Shown here: piece by piece, positions 33,292 to 42,516 of the stretch
Position numbering within the stretch: the stretch's first letter is position 1
Layout: the number at the start of each line of letters is the position of its first letter
Source: a virus
Length of the DNA: 64,000 bases
IMG/VR virus record: IMGVR_UViG_3300012931_000667
Span: 13,901 to 77,900 of that record
Strand: one strand, 5' to 3'
Notes under the pieces: generated by a model
What the model was told of the DNA's origin: nothing
Seen by the model: only the letters and a program-made list of their open reading frames with translations
Databases searched by the model: none
Made by a program: the position numbers and the translations under genes

Positions 33292-34656
33292 TTGAAATAT
33301 AATAAAAAAAGGAATATTCTATTGATAATCCCATCAAAGTTTTCAAATTTAGATTTAAGTGATCCTATTTATAGTTATGCTTTAGATCAATTAGTAAATA
33401 CTAATAATAATCTAAATATAATAGGTTCAGCAGGAACAGGAAAAAGTATATTATTATCTCTTGCTTATGATATGTTAAAAAATCAAGGAAAAAATGTAGT
33501 AGTAGTTTGTCCTACTGGAATTGCTTCTTTTAATTTACAAAAAAAAGGTATTCCTGCTGTAACAATTCATAGCTTTTTTAAACTTCCTCCTGCTTCAGTA
33601 TATAGTTCTGGAATGATTCATATTAATAATAATTTGTATGAATTAATGAATAATATAGATGTATTAATTATAGATGAAGTTTCATTTATGAATTGTTCAT
33701 TATTAGATTTTATACATGAATTACTATTAAACTATAGGTCAAAACAAGAACAAAATATTCCTAGAATGATTCTTTTTGGAGATCCTTTACAATTAGAGTC
33801 TCCAATGGATAAGAAAGATAAAGCAGTAATGAAATATTTTGATGAATTATATGAAGGAAAAATTAATTATTTTAATGCTAACTCTTTTAGAGACTATGGA
33901 TACAAAGTAATTCAACTAACTAAGATATTTAGACAGTCTAATGAAGTATATCAAAGTATTTTTAATCGTGTACGTCAAGGTACACAAACTAATGAGGATT
34001 TAATAATACTAAATGAGCAAGTAATAAGTGAAGAAGAATATTTTAAAAGAAATGAAATGTATTTATATCTCTCCCCTACTAATGCTGGTGCAGATTTAGT
34101 AAATAAAAGTTACTATGATATTCTTGAAGGTAGACCAAGAATGTATGAAACATATATTCATGGTGATGTTGATTTAAGTAAAAAGAAGAATATTCATGAA
34201 AGAATTTACTTAAAAAAAGATTGTCAAGTTATGTGTTTATTTAATGCTCCTGATGGATCATATGTAAATGGAACTTTAGCTAAAGTAACAAAATTAAATG
34301 ATGATGATGTAGAAGCCATAAAAGAAAATGGTGAAATTATTACTATTGGTAGGCATCAACTACAAGATTACAAGTATGATTATAATGAAATTACAAAACA
34401 AATTACATTAAATAAATGTGGAGATATTGATACATTAGGATGTACATTAGGATTTAGCTTGACCTACCATAAAACACAATCTATGAGTTTAGATACCTAT
34501 TATATAGACTTAGCGAAAGGAATGTTTGCTAATGGAATGTTATATGTAGCAATTAGCAGAGCTGTTGATTTTACTAAAGTAGGATTATCTAGACCTTTAG
34601 CACATCAGGATGTAATTGTGTCAAATGAAGCACTTGAATTTTTAGGTACTATCTAA
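33292..34656 (+). CDS. Pif1/RecD-like SF1B DNA helicase
   Basis: GSAGTGKS, PTGIA, TIHSFF, IIDEVS, FGDPLQL, LTKIFRQ, TYHKTQSMS, YVAISR. Confidence 0.92.
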   Translation: MKYNKKRNILLIIPSKFSNLDLSDPIYSYALDQLVNTNNNLNIIGSAGTGKSILLSLAYDMLKNQGKNVVVVCPTGIASFNLQKKGIPAVTIHSFFKLPPASVYSSGMIHINNNLYELMNNIDVLIIDEVSFMNCSLLDFIHELLLNYRSKQEQNIPRMILFGDPLQLESPMDKKDKAVMKYFDELYEGKINYFNANSFRDYGYKVIQLTKIFRQSNEVYQSIFNRVRQGTQTNEDLIILNEQVISEEEYFKRNEMYLYLSPTNAGADLVNKSYYDILEGRPRMYETYIHGDVDLSKKKNIHERIYLKKDCQVMCLFNAPDGSYVNGTLAKVTKLNDDDVEAIKENGEIITIGRHQLQDYKYDYNEITKQITLNKCGDIDTLGCTLGFSLTYHKTQSMSLDTYYIDLAKGMFANGMLYVAISRAVDFTKVGLSRPLAHQDVIVSNEALEFLGTI

Positions 34657-34772
34657 ATTAAGAGGACAGTAGGTTGACGCCTATTGCTAAAATTATTCCA
34701 GTTTTAGCTAACTCTTTTATTTTTTTTAACTATATAAAATAAAGTTGCGTCAACAACTTAAAAGGAAAAATT
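34657..34772 (+). ncRNA. structured leader copy B (kissing loops UUGACG/CGUCAA)
   Basis: AAGAG-GA-CAGTAGG[TTGACG]CCTATTG-CTAAAATT[ATTCC]AGTTTTAG-CTAA-CTCTT..TAACTAT..AAGTTG[CGTCAA]CAACTT-AAAAGG..ATG. Confidence 0.85.
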
Positions 34773-35624
34773 ATGGAAGAAAAAGTATTGTTACTTGAAG
34801 ATCGTAGATTTTATGTTTATATTTATCTAGACCCTAGAAAACCTGGAAATTACAACTATGGTGAATACCATTTTGATTTTGAACCTTTTTATGTTGGTAA
34901 AGGAAGTGGATATAGAGCTTGGAGTCATTTGCAATCTTATATGTTAAAAGAAACTGGAAATTTAAGAATTAATAAATTTAGAAAAATTATTAATAATGGA
35001 TATAAAATAGAACCTATAATAATTAAAACTAATATTTTAGAAAAAGAATCTTTTTATTATGAAAAATTATTAATTAAATTGATAGGAAGATATGATAAAA
35101 ATAAAGGACCATTAGTTAATCAAACAGATGGTGGAGAGGGTACTTGTGGAACTATTTTTTCTAAAGAAGCTATAGAAAAAATGAGACAAGCTAATTTAGG
35201 TAGAAGATATTCCAATGAAATTAATAAGAAAAAAGGAAGAAAAGGAAGATTAGTTTCAGAGGAAACTAAAGAAAAACATAAACAATATAAAGTTTCTGAA
35301 GAAGTAAAGAGAAAACAATCTAAAAATAAAGAAGGAAATAAAAATCCTAGATTTGGAAAACCAGCAATGAATAGAGTTAAAGTTATTTATGTAAATGAGA
35401 ATAAAGAATTTAATTCTTTATTAGAAGCTGGAGAGTACACTAATAGGTGTTCAAGTGATATTCACAAATGTTGTTCTGGAAAAGTAAAATCAATAGGAAG
35501 AAATAGTGGAAATAAATTTTATTTTATGTATGTATCAACTTATATTAGTTTATCTAATGAAGAAAAAAAACAATTATTATCTAATTTTGATTTAACACAA
35601 CAATTTATCTTAAACCATATATAA
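34773..35624 (+). CDS. free-standing GIY-YIG-family endonuclease (FYVY...FYVGKG subtype) with NUMOD-type repeats
   Basis: FYVYIYLDPR...PFYVGKGSGYRA, E..LIK.IGR, LVNQTDGGEG, SEETKEK repeats. Confidence 0.88.
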   Translation: MEEKVLLLEDRRFYVYIYLDPRKPGNYNYGEYHFDFEPFYVGKGSGYRAWSHLQSYMLKETGNLRINKFRKIINNGYKIEPIIIKTNILEKESFYYEKLLIKLIGRYDKNKGPLVNQTDGGEGTCGTIFSKEAIEKMRQANLGRRYSNEINKKKGRKGRLVSEETKEKHKQYKVSEEVKRKQSKNKEGNKNPRFGKPAMNRVKVIYVNENKEFNSLLEAGEYTNRCSSDIHKCCSGKVKSIGRNSGNKFYFMYVSTYISLSNEEKKQLLSNFDLTQQFILNHI

Positions 35625-35676
35625 TAATTACCTAAATAAAAATTTTAATTATAAAATATAAGGAGAATAAATAATA

Positions 35677-36249
35677 ATGCATTTTAACGATTATCAGCGA
35701 GAGGCTAGGAAGACTGCAATCTATCCTAAAGAATATAAAATAGTTTATCCTTCATTTGGATTGATGGATGAGTTTACTGAATTTGTAGAAAAAGAAGAAG
35801 ATAGATTTATTAATCATGTTAAAGATATTGAAATTGTAAAAGAAATATTCGATACTTTTTGGTATATTTCTAATTTAATATCTGATATTTATGAAAATAA
35901 AAATTGGAATTATAACTTATATAATGTATTTCCTGATAGTGAAATTGATATTAAAGAATATATAATAGAGAATACTTCAGATATTGACAAATGGGATAAT
36001 CATACTATTTTTAGAAAGATAGGACAAATACAAGGTAAAATAAAAAAGTTATTAAGAAAAGATTATACTGAACTTTCTACAGAAACAATAAATTTTATTA
36101 TTAATAATATTAAATATATAGGTTACTACTTAATTGATAAAGCTAATATATATGGATATGAAATAGAGGATGGATTACAATTGAATATTGATAAGCTTAA
36201 AGATAGACAGGAACGTGGAGTATTAAAAGGGAATGGCGATAATAGATAA
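35677..36249 (+). CDS. MazG-like NTP pyrophosphohydrolase
   Basis: FNDYQ..A.KTAIYP, GLMDE..E, KEIFD..WY, NIDKL.DRQERGVLKGNGDNR. Confidence 0.85.
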   Translation: MHFNDYQREARKTAIYPKEYKIVYPSFGLMDEFTEFVEKEEDRFINHVKDIEIVKEIFDTFWYISNLISDIYENKNWNYNLYNVFPDSEIDIKEYIIENTSDIDKWDNHTIFRKIGQIQGKIKKLLRKDYTELSTETINFIINNIKYIGYYLIDKANIYGYEIEDGLQLNIDKLKDRQERGVLKGNGDNR

Positions 36250-36496
36250 AGGAGACAACTATGGCTACTAATGGAAACAAAGTTATTACAGTTTATGATT
36301 TAATTGAATATCTTAAGTTACTACCTAATTATAAATTATATATAAATACTACTGGTAGTGATAATATGAATGACTGGTATAATTTAGAGGAGTTTGATCT
36401 TATTACTAAAATTGCTACTATTAAAACTCTGATAAATACAGTAGAACAAAGTAGTAATGATGAAAATTATGTTGTTATTAGTTTGGAAGGCTAAAG

Positions 36497-37039
36497 ATGA
36501 ATACTAATAAACTAACTACAGATAATAATGATCCTGAATTAAGAGTTACTGAACCTGATGGACAATATAAAAAGTATTTAGTATTAAGTGATGAGGAAAG
36601 GTCTAAAGGATTTATTCAACCAGTTAGAAGAAGTTATGTACATAAAATTTGTGGTGGATTAACCACAATGGGAAAAGAATTAAGTGAAACCTATGCTAAA
36701 AACCCTAATTTCTATTCAGGAACTTATTGTTGTTCTTGTGGTACTCATTTTCCATTAAAAGATACTGATGGTAACTATAATTTTTATTGGGACGATGATG
36801 GTACAGGGGTAGGTGAAACCACTACAGAAAAAGAAAGAGAGTATAGTAAAGTAGTAACTAGAGTAGCATTAGAACAAAATAATAGTGAAGCATTATTACA
36901 ATTACAAAGAAGAAATAGTGTTTATAAAAAATTATTATCCTCTATTGATGACTATTCATCAAGACTTTATGTTAAATTTGATAATAGTGATCAAGTAATT
37001 ATGCAAGCAATAGGTAAATTAAATTCTTTATTGAAATAA
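36497..37039 (+). CDS. hypothetical Zn-binding protein
   Basis: HKIC and YCCSCGTHFP motifs. Confidence 0.55.
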   Translation: MNTNKLTTDNNDPELRVTEPDGQYKKYLVLSDEERSKGFIQPVRRSYVHKICGGLTTMGKELSETYAKNPNFYSGTYCCSCGTHFPLKDTDGNYNFYWDDDGTGVGETTTEKEREYSKVVTRVALEQNNSEALLQLQRRNSVYKKLLSSIDDYSSRLYVKFDNSDQVIMQAIGKLNSLLK

Positions 37040-37051
37040 AAGAGGTATATT

Positions 37052-37690
37052 ATGAATCTTTCTATTCCTACTAATGAACTAGAAAAACTATTTACTATTT
37101 TTAATGAACATTATTATCAATCAAAACTTGATAAAACAATGATTGTTATTCAATCTATAGGTAAAAAACCTTGCTATGGATTTTTTACCGTAGGAAAAAT
37201 GTGGAAGGATTCTACAGATAAAGAATTTCATGAAATAACTATTGGTGCAGAGTATCTTAATAGGAATGTCTATGGAATTTGTGTTACACTATTACATGAA
37301 ATGGTACATGCAATAAATAGTCAATTAGGAATTGTAGATACTTCTGCTAATTATAAATATCATAATAAAAAGTTTCGTGAACAAGCAGAATTAGTAGGAC
37401 TTGTTTGTAAACATGATACTAAATTTGGATGGGGCATAACAGAGCCTTCAGAAGAATTTATGAAATATATTGATACATTAACTATAAATAAAGATTGTTT
37501 CAATATTTTTAGACAAAAGGTAGTAGCATTAAAAGTAGCTAATAATAATAAATTATATAATTATGTTTGTAATTGTGGTGAACAAATTAAAAGTAAATTA
37601 GAATTAGATGAATTAAGTATTACTTGTAATAATTGTGGTACTAATTTTAAATTTATGGAAATTAAAAGAGGAAGGAAAAGAAAAGTATGA
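37052..37690 (+). CDS. SprT-like zinc metalloprotease
   Basis: TLLHEMVH, YHNKKF, C-terminal CNCG...CNNC. Confidence 0.85.
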   Translation: MNLSIPTNELEKLFTIFNEHYYQSKLDKTMIVIQSIGKKPCYGFFTVGKMWKDSTDKEFHEITIGAEYLNRNVYGICVTLLHEMVHAINSQLGIVDTSANYKYHNKKFREQAELVGLVCKHDTKFGWGITEPSEEFMKYIDTLTINKDCFNIFRQKVVALKVANNNKLYNYVCNCGEQIKSKLELDELSITCNNCGTNFKFMEIKRGRKRKV

Positions 37691-38271
37691 AAGTAAAACT
37701 TTATGCTCAAACTAGGTATGTTGGTAGTAAGGATAGTATAGTAATTGATGTAGATGATGATGATTGGAATAATCTGAATGATAATGAAAAAAATCAGTAT
37801 ATGCAAGATGAATATGAAAGTAGCAATTTAGTTGAATGGGGATGGGAAGAAGTTTAGTTAAAGGAATTTAATTTGAGTACTATTATTGTTAATAAATTAC
37901 CTATGAAGTATAATACTCCATTAAGTAATAAAAATAAGGAATATTATAATCATTCATTAATTGATGCTGTACAAAAGTATGCTACTGATGTAGGTTATAT
38001 ATTAAATTATAATGAATTTAGAAAAGATAATTATAAATATGAAACAGAAGATGTAATAGCTCAAATGGGAACTAATGTATACATCTCATTAGATAAAGAT
38101 ATAGAATTTTTAAGTTCTATCATAAATGAAAAATATGATTATATATCCTCATTAGGATGCTCATTTTTATATGTATGGCCTAGAATGGAAGTTAATCATC
38201 ACTCTAATGGGAATATTCAAGTTAAAGATATTTATGGATTAGAATTACTTATTTAATAATAGGAAAAAGCT

Positions 38272-38616
38272 ATGTATAAGTTTAAAGGTAAATCTATAGA
38301 AAAAAATGAATATATCTATGGTTCACTTCTTACTATAAATGATAAATATTATATTTATCCTCATGATTATGGAGATTTATCTGATATTGATTTTGGATAT
38401 GCTTTTGAAGAAGTATATAAAGATTCTGTAGTACCATTAGTAGGATTCGATAGTGATAATAATGAAGTATACCCTGGTGATTATCTTCATAAAGAATCTT
38501 ATGATAGTTGGGTAATTCAAAATAATTTTAAAATTGAAATTAAGAATAGTATGAATATAAATAGTAGTAATCACTTATTTATTGATGTAGAAGATTTAAA
38601 ATATAGGAAAAAGTAA
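38272..38616 (+). CDS. YopX-like protein
   Basis: KFKGK..YIYGSL...G.D....EVYPGD. Confidence 0.6.
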   Translation: MYKFKGKSIEKNEYIYGSLLTINDKYYIYPHDYGDLSDIDFGYAFEEVYKDSVVPLVGFDSDNNEVYPGDYLHKESYDSWVIQNNFKIEIKNSMNINSSNHLFIDVEDLKYRKK

Positions 38617-38618
38617 GT

Positions 38619-39206
38619 ATGAATAAACTGGTAATTGGAATTGATATGGATAATACTATAAATGATTTTACTAATCAATTTTTAGTATATGCAACAAATT
38701 TAGGGTATAAAATTGATGTAAGTAAGGCTAAAAGAATATGGGGTTTAGAAGAATCTATTATAGGATATTCTAAAGAAGACCAATCTGCAATTATGAATAG
38801 TATTATGGAAATTGATGATTATTGGACTACAATGAAGGCTATTCCTTATGCTATAGAATATGTAAACTGGTTAGCAGTTAGGGAAGATTGTTATATTGTT
38901 ACTTCTCCTTGGAGAAATGAAGATAAATTTTATGATACTAAAATACAATGGGTAGAAGAGAAATTACCATTACTAAAAAATAAAATAATATTTTCTCATG
39001 ATAAATGGAGTTTAGATTTAGATGTAATCATTGATGATAAACCTAAAACACTAGAAAAATGTAATGATGTAGGGATAATAACTATAGGAGTAGACTATCC
39101 ATATAATAGTAATGTTGATGTAGAATACCGAATGAAGGTCTGGTATAACCTTCCTTGTTATATAAAACAAATAAGACATACACTATCTTATAAAAATAAT
39201 TTATAA
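38619..39206 (+). CDS. HAD-family 5'(3')-deoxyribonucleotidase
   Basis: IDMDNTI, IVTSP, K..W, IIDDKP, PYN. Confidence 0.88.
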   Translation: MNKLVIGIDMDNTINDFTNQFLVYATNLGYKIDVSKAKRIWGLEESIIGYSKEDQSAIMNSIMEIDDYWTTMKAIPYAIEYVNWLAVREDCYIVTSPWRNEDKFYDTKIQWVEEKLPLLKNKIIFSHDKWSLDLDVIIDDKPKTLEKCNDVGIITIGVDYPYNSNVDVEYRMKVWYNLPCYIKQIRHTLSYKNNL

Positions 39207-39219
39207 TAGAGGTTTATTT

Positions 39220-39969
39220 ATGTATGATGCTATTAGTATTAGGTTTAAAGAATATGAATCAGTATCTAGACAATTTCTAATTAATAAACTTCCAGTAATA
39301 GTTAGAATAGATGGTAAAGCGTTCCATACATGGACTAGAAATTTAAATAGTCCTTTTGATTCTGATTTAATGGAGGCAATGAATAAAACTACTGAAATAA
39401 TATGTAAAGAAATGCAAGGATTCAAATGTGCTTATGTACAATCTGATGAAATATCAATTGTACTTTCAGATATTAGTCATAATGTAAATACTCAAGCATG
39501 GTTTAATAATAATAGAGATAAAATAATTAGTATTAGTTCTTCTTTAGCTTCTGCTAATTTTAATTCTATTGTGACTAACTATCCTCATTTAAAACATGAA
39601 GCAATAGATAGACATGGATTAGCTTATTTTGATTCTCGTGCTTTTAATTTACCTTTACATGAAGTAGAAAATTACTTAATTTGGAGATACAAAGATTGTG
39701 TGCGTAATAGTTTATTTTCAGTAGCACAATTTAATTTTTCTCATAAAGAATTAATGAATAAGAATCAATCTGATGTTCATGAAATGTTGCATACAAAAGG
39801 AATCAATTGGGCAACTGATTTTAGTTCATGGGAAAAGAATGGTAGATTTTTTTGGAAACCACATGAAGAAGAAAATAGTGGGTATGCATGGTTAAAAGAA
39901 ACACCGGACTTTACAGATATTGATTTTAGACAAACAATAGTAAATTTAATACAAGGAGATATTTGGTAA
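39220..39969 (+). CDS. Thg1-like tRNA(His) guanylyltransferase / 3'-5' RNA polymerase
   Basis: RIDGKAFH, YVQSDEIS, FDSRAF, YLIWR..DC.RNS, KGINW. Confidence 0.93.
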   Translation: MYDAISIRFKEYESVSRQFLINKLPVIVRIDGKAFHTWTRNLNSPFDSDLMEAMNKTTEIICKEMQGFKCAYVQSDEISIVLSDISHNVNTQAWFNNNRDKIISISSSLASANFNSIVTNYPHLKHEAIDRHGLAYFDSRAFNLPLHEVENYLIWRYKDCVRNSLFSVAQFNFSHKELMNKNQSDVHEMLHTKGINWATDFSSWEKNGRFFWKPHEEENSGYAWLKETPDFTDIDFRQTIVNLIQGDIW

Positions 39970-40625
39970 TGATTTCTATTAATAAACCAGAAAAATTTAT
40001 AAATAAATTAATTGTTTTAGAAGGTGAGGATCATTCAACTAAAACAACAATTGGTAATCAACTTAATTATATATTAAATGATCATGGTATTAATTCTATA
40101 TATACATTTCAACCAGGAGGAAATTGGGATAAAGAGTTAGCTCCACAATTTAGAGCTTATTGCAAAGATAAAAAATATAATTTTGATGATTTAACAATAT
40201 TATTTCTATTTTTAGCTGATAGGTCTGAACATACTAAAAAATTAATTATTCCATCATTAGATGAAGGTAAAACAGTAATTTGTGATCGATATTGGTTTAG
40301 TACAATAGCTTTTCAATTTTGGGGAAATGAATTATTATTTAAGTATACTATGAATGAAGATTTTGCTTATTGGATGAATAGACTTGCTTCTCATTATTGT
40401 ACTCCTGATTATTCATTATTAATTAATAGAGAACAATCAGAAATACAAAAAGTAAAAAATGATGTTAATGATATCTATGAAACTAAGGATAGTTCATTTA
40501 AGAAAAGAGTACATGATGGATACCAACAATTAGTTAATGATGGATTATTAAATAAAGTAAATATTATAGAAAATGATATAGAGGGTACTGTACAAAAAGT
40601 TATTAATTTTATTGAGGAAAAATAA
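39963..40625 (+). CDS. tmk: thymidylate kinase
   Basis: LEGEDHSTKTT P-loop variant, QPGG, LFLADRSEH, ICDRY..STIAFQ, PD. Confidence 0.88.
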   Translation: MVMISINKPEKFINKLIVLEGEDHSTKTTIGNQLNYILNDHGINSIYTFQPGGNWDKELAPQFRAYCKDKKYNFDDLTILFLFLADRSEHTKKLIIPSLDEGKTVICDRYWFSTIAFQFWGNELLFKYTMNEDFAYWMNRLASHYCTPDYSLLINREQSEIQKVKNDVNDIYETKDSSFKKRVHDGYQQLVNDGLLNKVNIIENDIEGTVQKVINFIEEK

Positions 40626-40627
40626 TA

Positions 40628-41209
40628 ATGCTATCTAATCAAGAATTATATGAATTAACAACTTCAAATAATAATTGGCAAGAGAATTCTATTACGGATA
40701 CTCAATGGAAACTAGTAACTATAAATGGTCAGAATATATTAGTGTTTCCTCCTACACAAAGTACATTAGATTGGAAACAGAATTTTGATTTTTTTATTGT
40801 ACCTTATAAAAATATGACAAAAAAATGGTATGCTCATAGAGGATTTTTATTAAAGTATAAATCAGTAAATGATAATATTTTAAATGCAGTAAAAGGACTT
40901 GACAATTTAACCATTACTGGATATTCTCAAGGTGCGGCATTAGCAGTATTAGCACATGAGGATATACACTATAATTATCTTAATTTAAATATTAATTCTA
41001 TAGTATTTGGTTGTCCTAAAGTAGTAACTTGGAATGCTCCTAGTGTGCGATGGTCTACTTTTGTAAGATATAAAAATGGTAATGATATAGTAACTCATGT
41101 TCCTCCTAGTATTTTTGGATTTAAATATGTAGGTACTGAAATTAAGGTAGGAGTAAAAAGATTTTTTCTAAGTATAAGGGATCATGCTAATTATTCAGGG
41201 AATATTTAA
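40628..41209 (+). CDS. class 3 lipase (alpha/beta hydrolase)
   Basis: AHRGF, TGYSQGAA nucleophile elbow, FGCPKV, NDIVTHVP, C-terminal DH. Confidence 0.88.
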   Translation: MLSNQELYELTTSNNNWQENSITDTQWKLVTINGQNILVFPPTQSTLDWKQNFDFFIVPYKNMTKKWYAHRGFLLKYKSVNDNILNAVKGLDNLTITGYSQGAALAVLAHEDIHYNYLNLNINSIVFGCPKVVTWNAPSVRWSTFVRYKNGNDIVTHVPPSIFGFKYVGTEIKVGVKRFFLSIRDHANYSGNI

Positions 41210-41442
41210 TGGAACAACAAAACTTTGATTATAGAATATGTTTTCATAAAATGATTCATAATGAAGAATATTATGAAATACATAAAGTATACTATAAAAA
41301 AGATGGAACGATAGATAGAATAATTGATGCTCATCCTATTATAGGGAAAACTATTAGCGATATGAATACTGCATTAGGCATGATGTTATGGGCGGATAAA
41401 AAACCCATTATAGATTATAGTACTAAAAAGGAGATAGAATAA

Positions 41443-41565
41443 TTTATAGGGACAGCAAGGCGCTAACCTTGTTGCTAAGGTAATTCCAGCTTTAGCTAAC
41501 CTATTTTTTAATATTTTTAACTATTTAAAAATAGAAGTCTTTAGCGAGACTTAAAAGGAAAAATT
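41443..41565 (+). ncRNA. structured leader copy C (kissing loops CGCUAA/UUAGCG)
   Basis: ATAGG-GA-CAGCAAGG[CGCTAA]CCTTGTTG-CTAAGGT[AATTCCA]GCTTTAG-CTAA-CCTAT..TAACTAT..AAGTCT[TTAGCG]AGACTT-AAAAGG..ATG. Confidence 0.85.
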
Positions 41566-42516
41566 ATGGAAAATAGATTTCAAGAGGCATTTAGTAAATT
41601 ACCATCAGTTGATTTAGAGCATCAAATTCATTTGAATAGGTATATTAAATTTATTAGTAGCAGACTAGAAAGAAAATTTGAATATAAAAAAGGTTTGTGT
41701 AAACATCATGTACATCCTGTTTCTTTTGGAGCAAATAAAGGTTTTAAAGAAAAATGGAACATAATTGTACTAACAGAAAGAGAACATTTTATTGCTCATT
41801 TAATTCTATATAAATGCTATGGTGGAAAAATGACAAGAGCCTTTTTTATGATGAATAATGGAAAGAATATTTTAAGTGGTAATTATAGTAATTTAAATTC
41901 TAAACAATATGAAAAATTAAGAAAAGAGTATACAGAAAAAATAAGTGGAAAAGGTAATCCTATGTATGGTAAAGAAATGAAGGAAATAAATAAAAAATTA
42001 AGAAAAATTCTTTGGACAGGTAAAAATAATCCTATGTATAATTCAAAAAGATATAAAAATAAAAATCCTTTCTATGGTGAACATCATACTGAAGAAACTA
42101 AGATTAAATTAAAAAAAATAGATAAAACAAAAATAATGAAAAAAGTTATATTATTAAATACTAAAAAAATATTTAATAGTATAACAGAAGCTAGTAAGAT
42201 AACTAATATAAGTGCTAGTTCCATAATAGGTTGTTGTTCACATAATCCAAAAATTACTTGTACTCATTATGGATATGAAAATTATTATTGGTTATATATA
42301 GAAGAGTATGACCCTAATTTTGATTATAGCTATTTATTAGATTCTAAAAAAATTATTTGTATAGAAAAAAATGAAATATTTAATAGTGTAAAAGAATGTT
42401 CATTAAAAATGAATATTTCTGAAACATATTTATCATTATGTTGTAATAATAAAGTAGATTCTGCAAAAGGATATCATTTTATGAAGTATAATGCATATAA
42501 AGGAAAAAATGATTAA
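41566..42516 (+). CDS. free-standing HNH homing endonuclease with NUMOD-type repeats
   Basis: KHHVHP...NIIVLTEREHFIAHLIL; GKNNPMY and HTEETK repeats; two FNS..E....I..CC modules. Confidence 0.9.
   Translation: MENRFQEAFSKLPSVDLEHQIHLNRYIKFISSRLERKFEYKKGLCKHHVHPVSFGANKGFKEKWNIIVLTEREHFIAHLILYKCYGGKMTRAFFMMNNGKNILSGNYSNLNSKQYEKLRKEYTEKISGKGNPMYGKEMKEINKKLRKILWTGKNNPMYNSKRYKNKNPFYGEHHTEETKIKLKKIDKTKIMKKVILLNTKKIFNSITEASKITNISASSIIGCCSHNPKITCTHYGYENYYWLYIEEYDPNFDYSYLLDSKKIICIEKNEIFNSVKECSLKMNISETYLSLCCNNKVDSAKGYHFMKYNAYKGKND

Noticed and set aside
34657-35676. Leaders as parts of group I/II introns carrying the endonucleases
   Set aside because: Flanking genes look complete and unrelated to each other, and I see no intron core or conserved 3' structure after the endonuclease ORFs.
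41443-41565. Leader as hammerhead ribozyme, cobalamin riboswitch or HEARO/omega RNA
   Set aside because: No CUGANGA/GAAA core, no B12 box, too short, and the ORFs are not IscB. A formal Rfam search is still needed.
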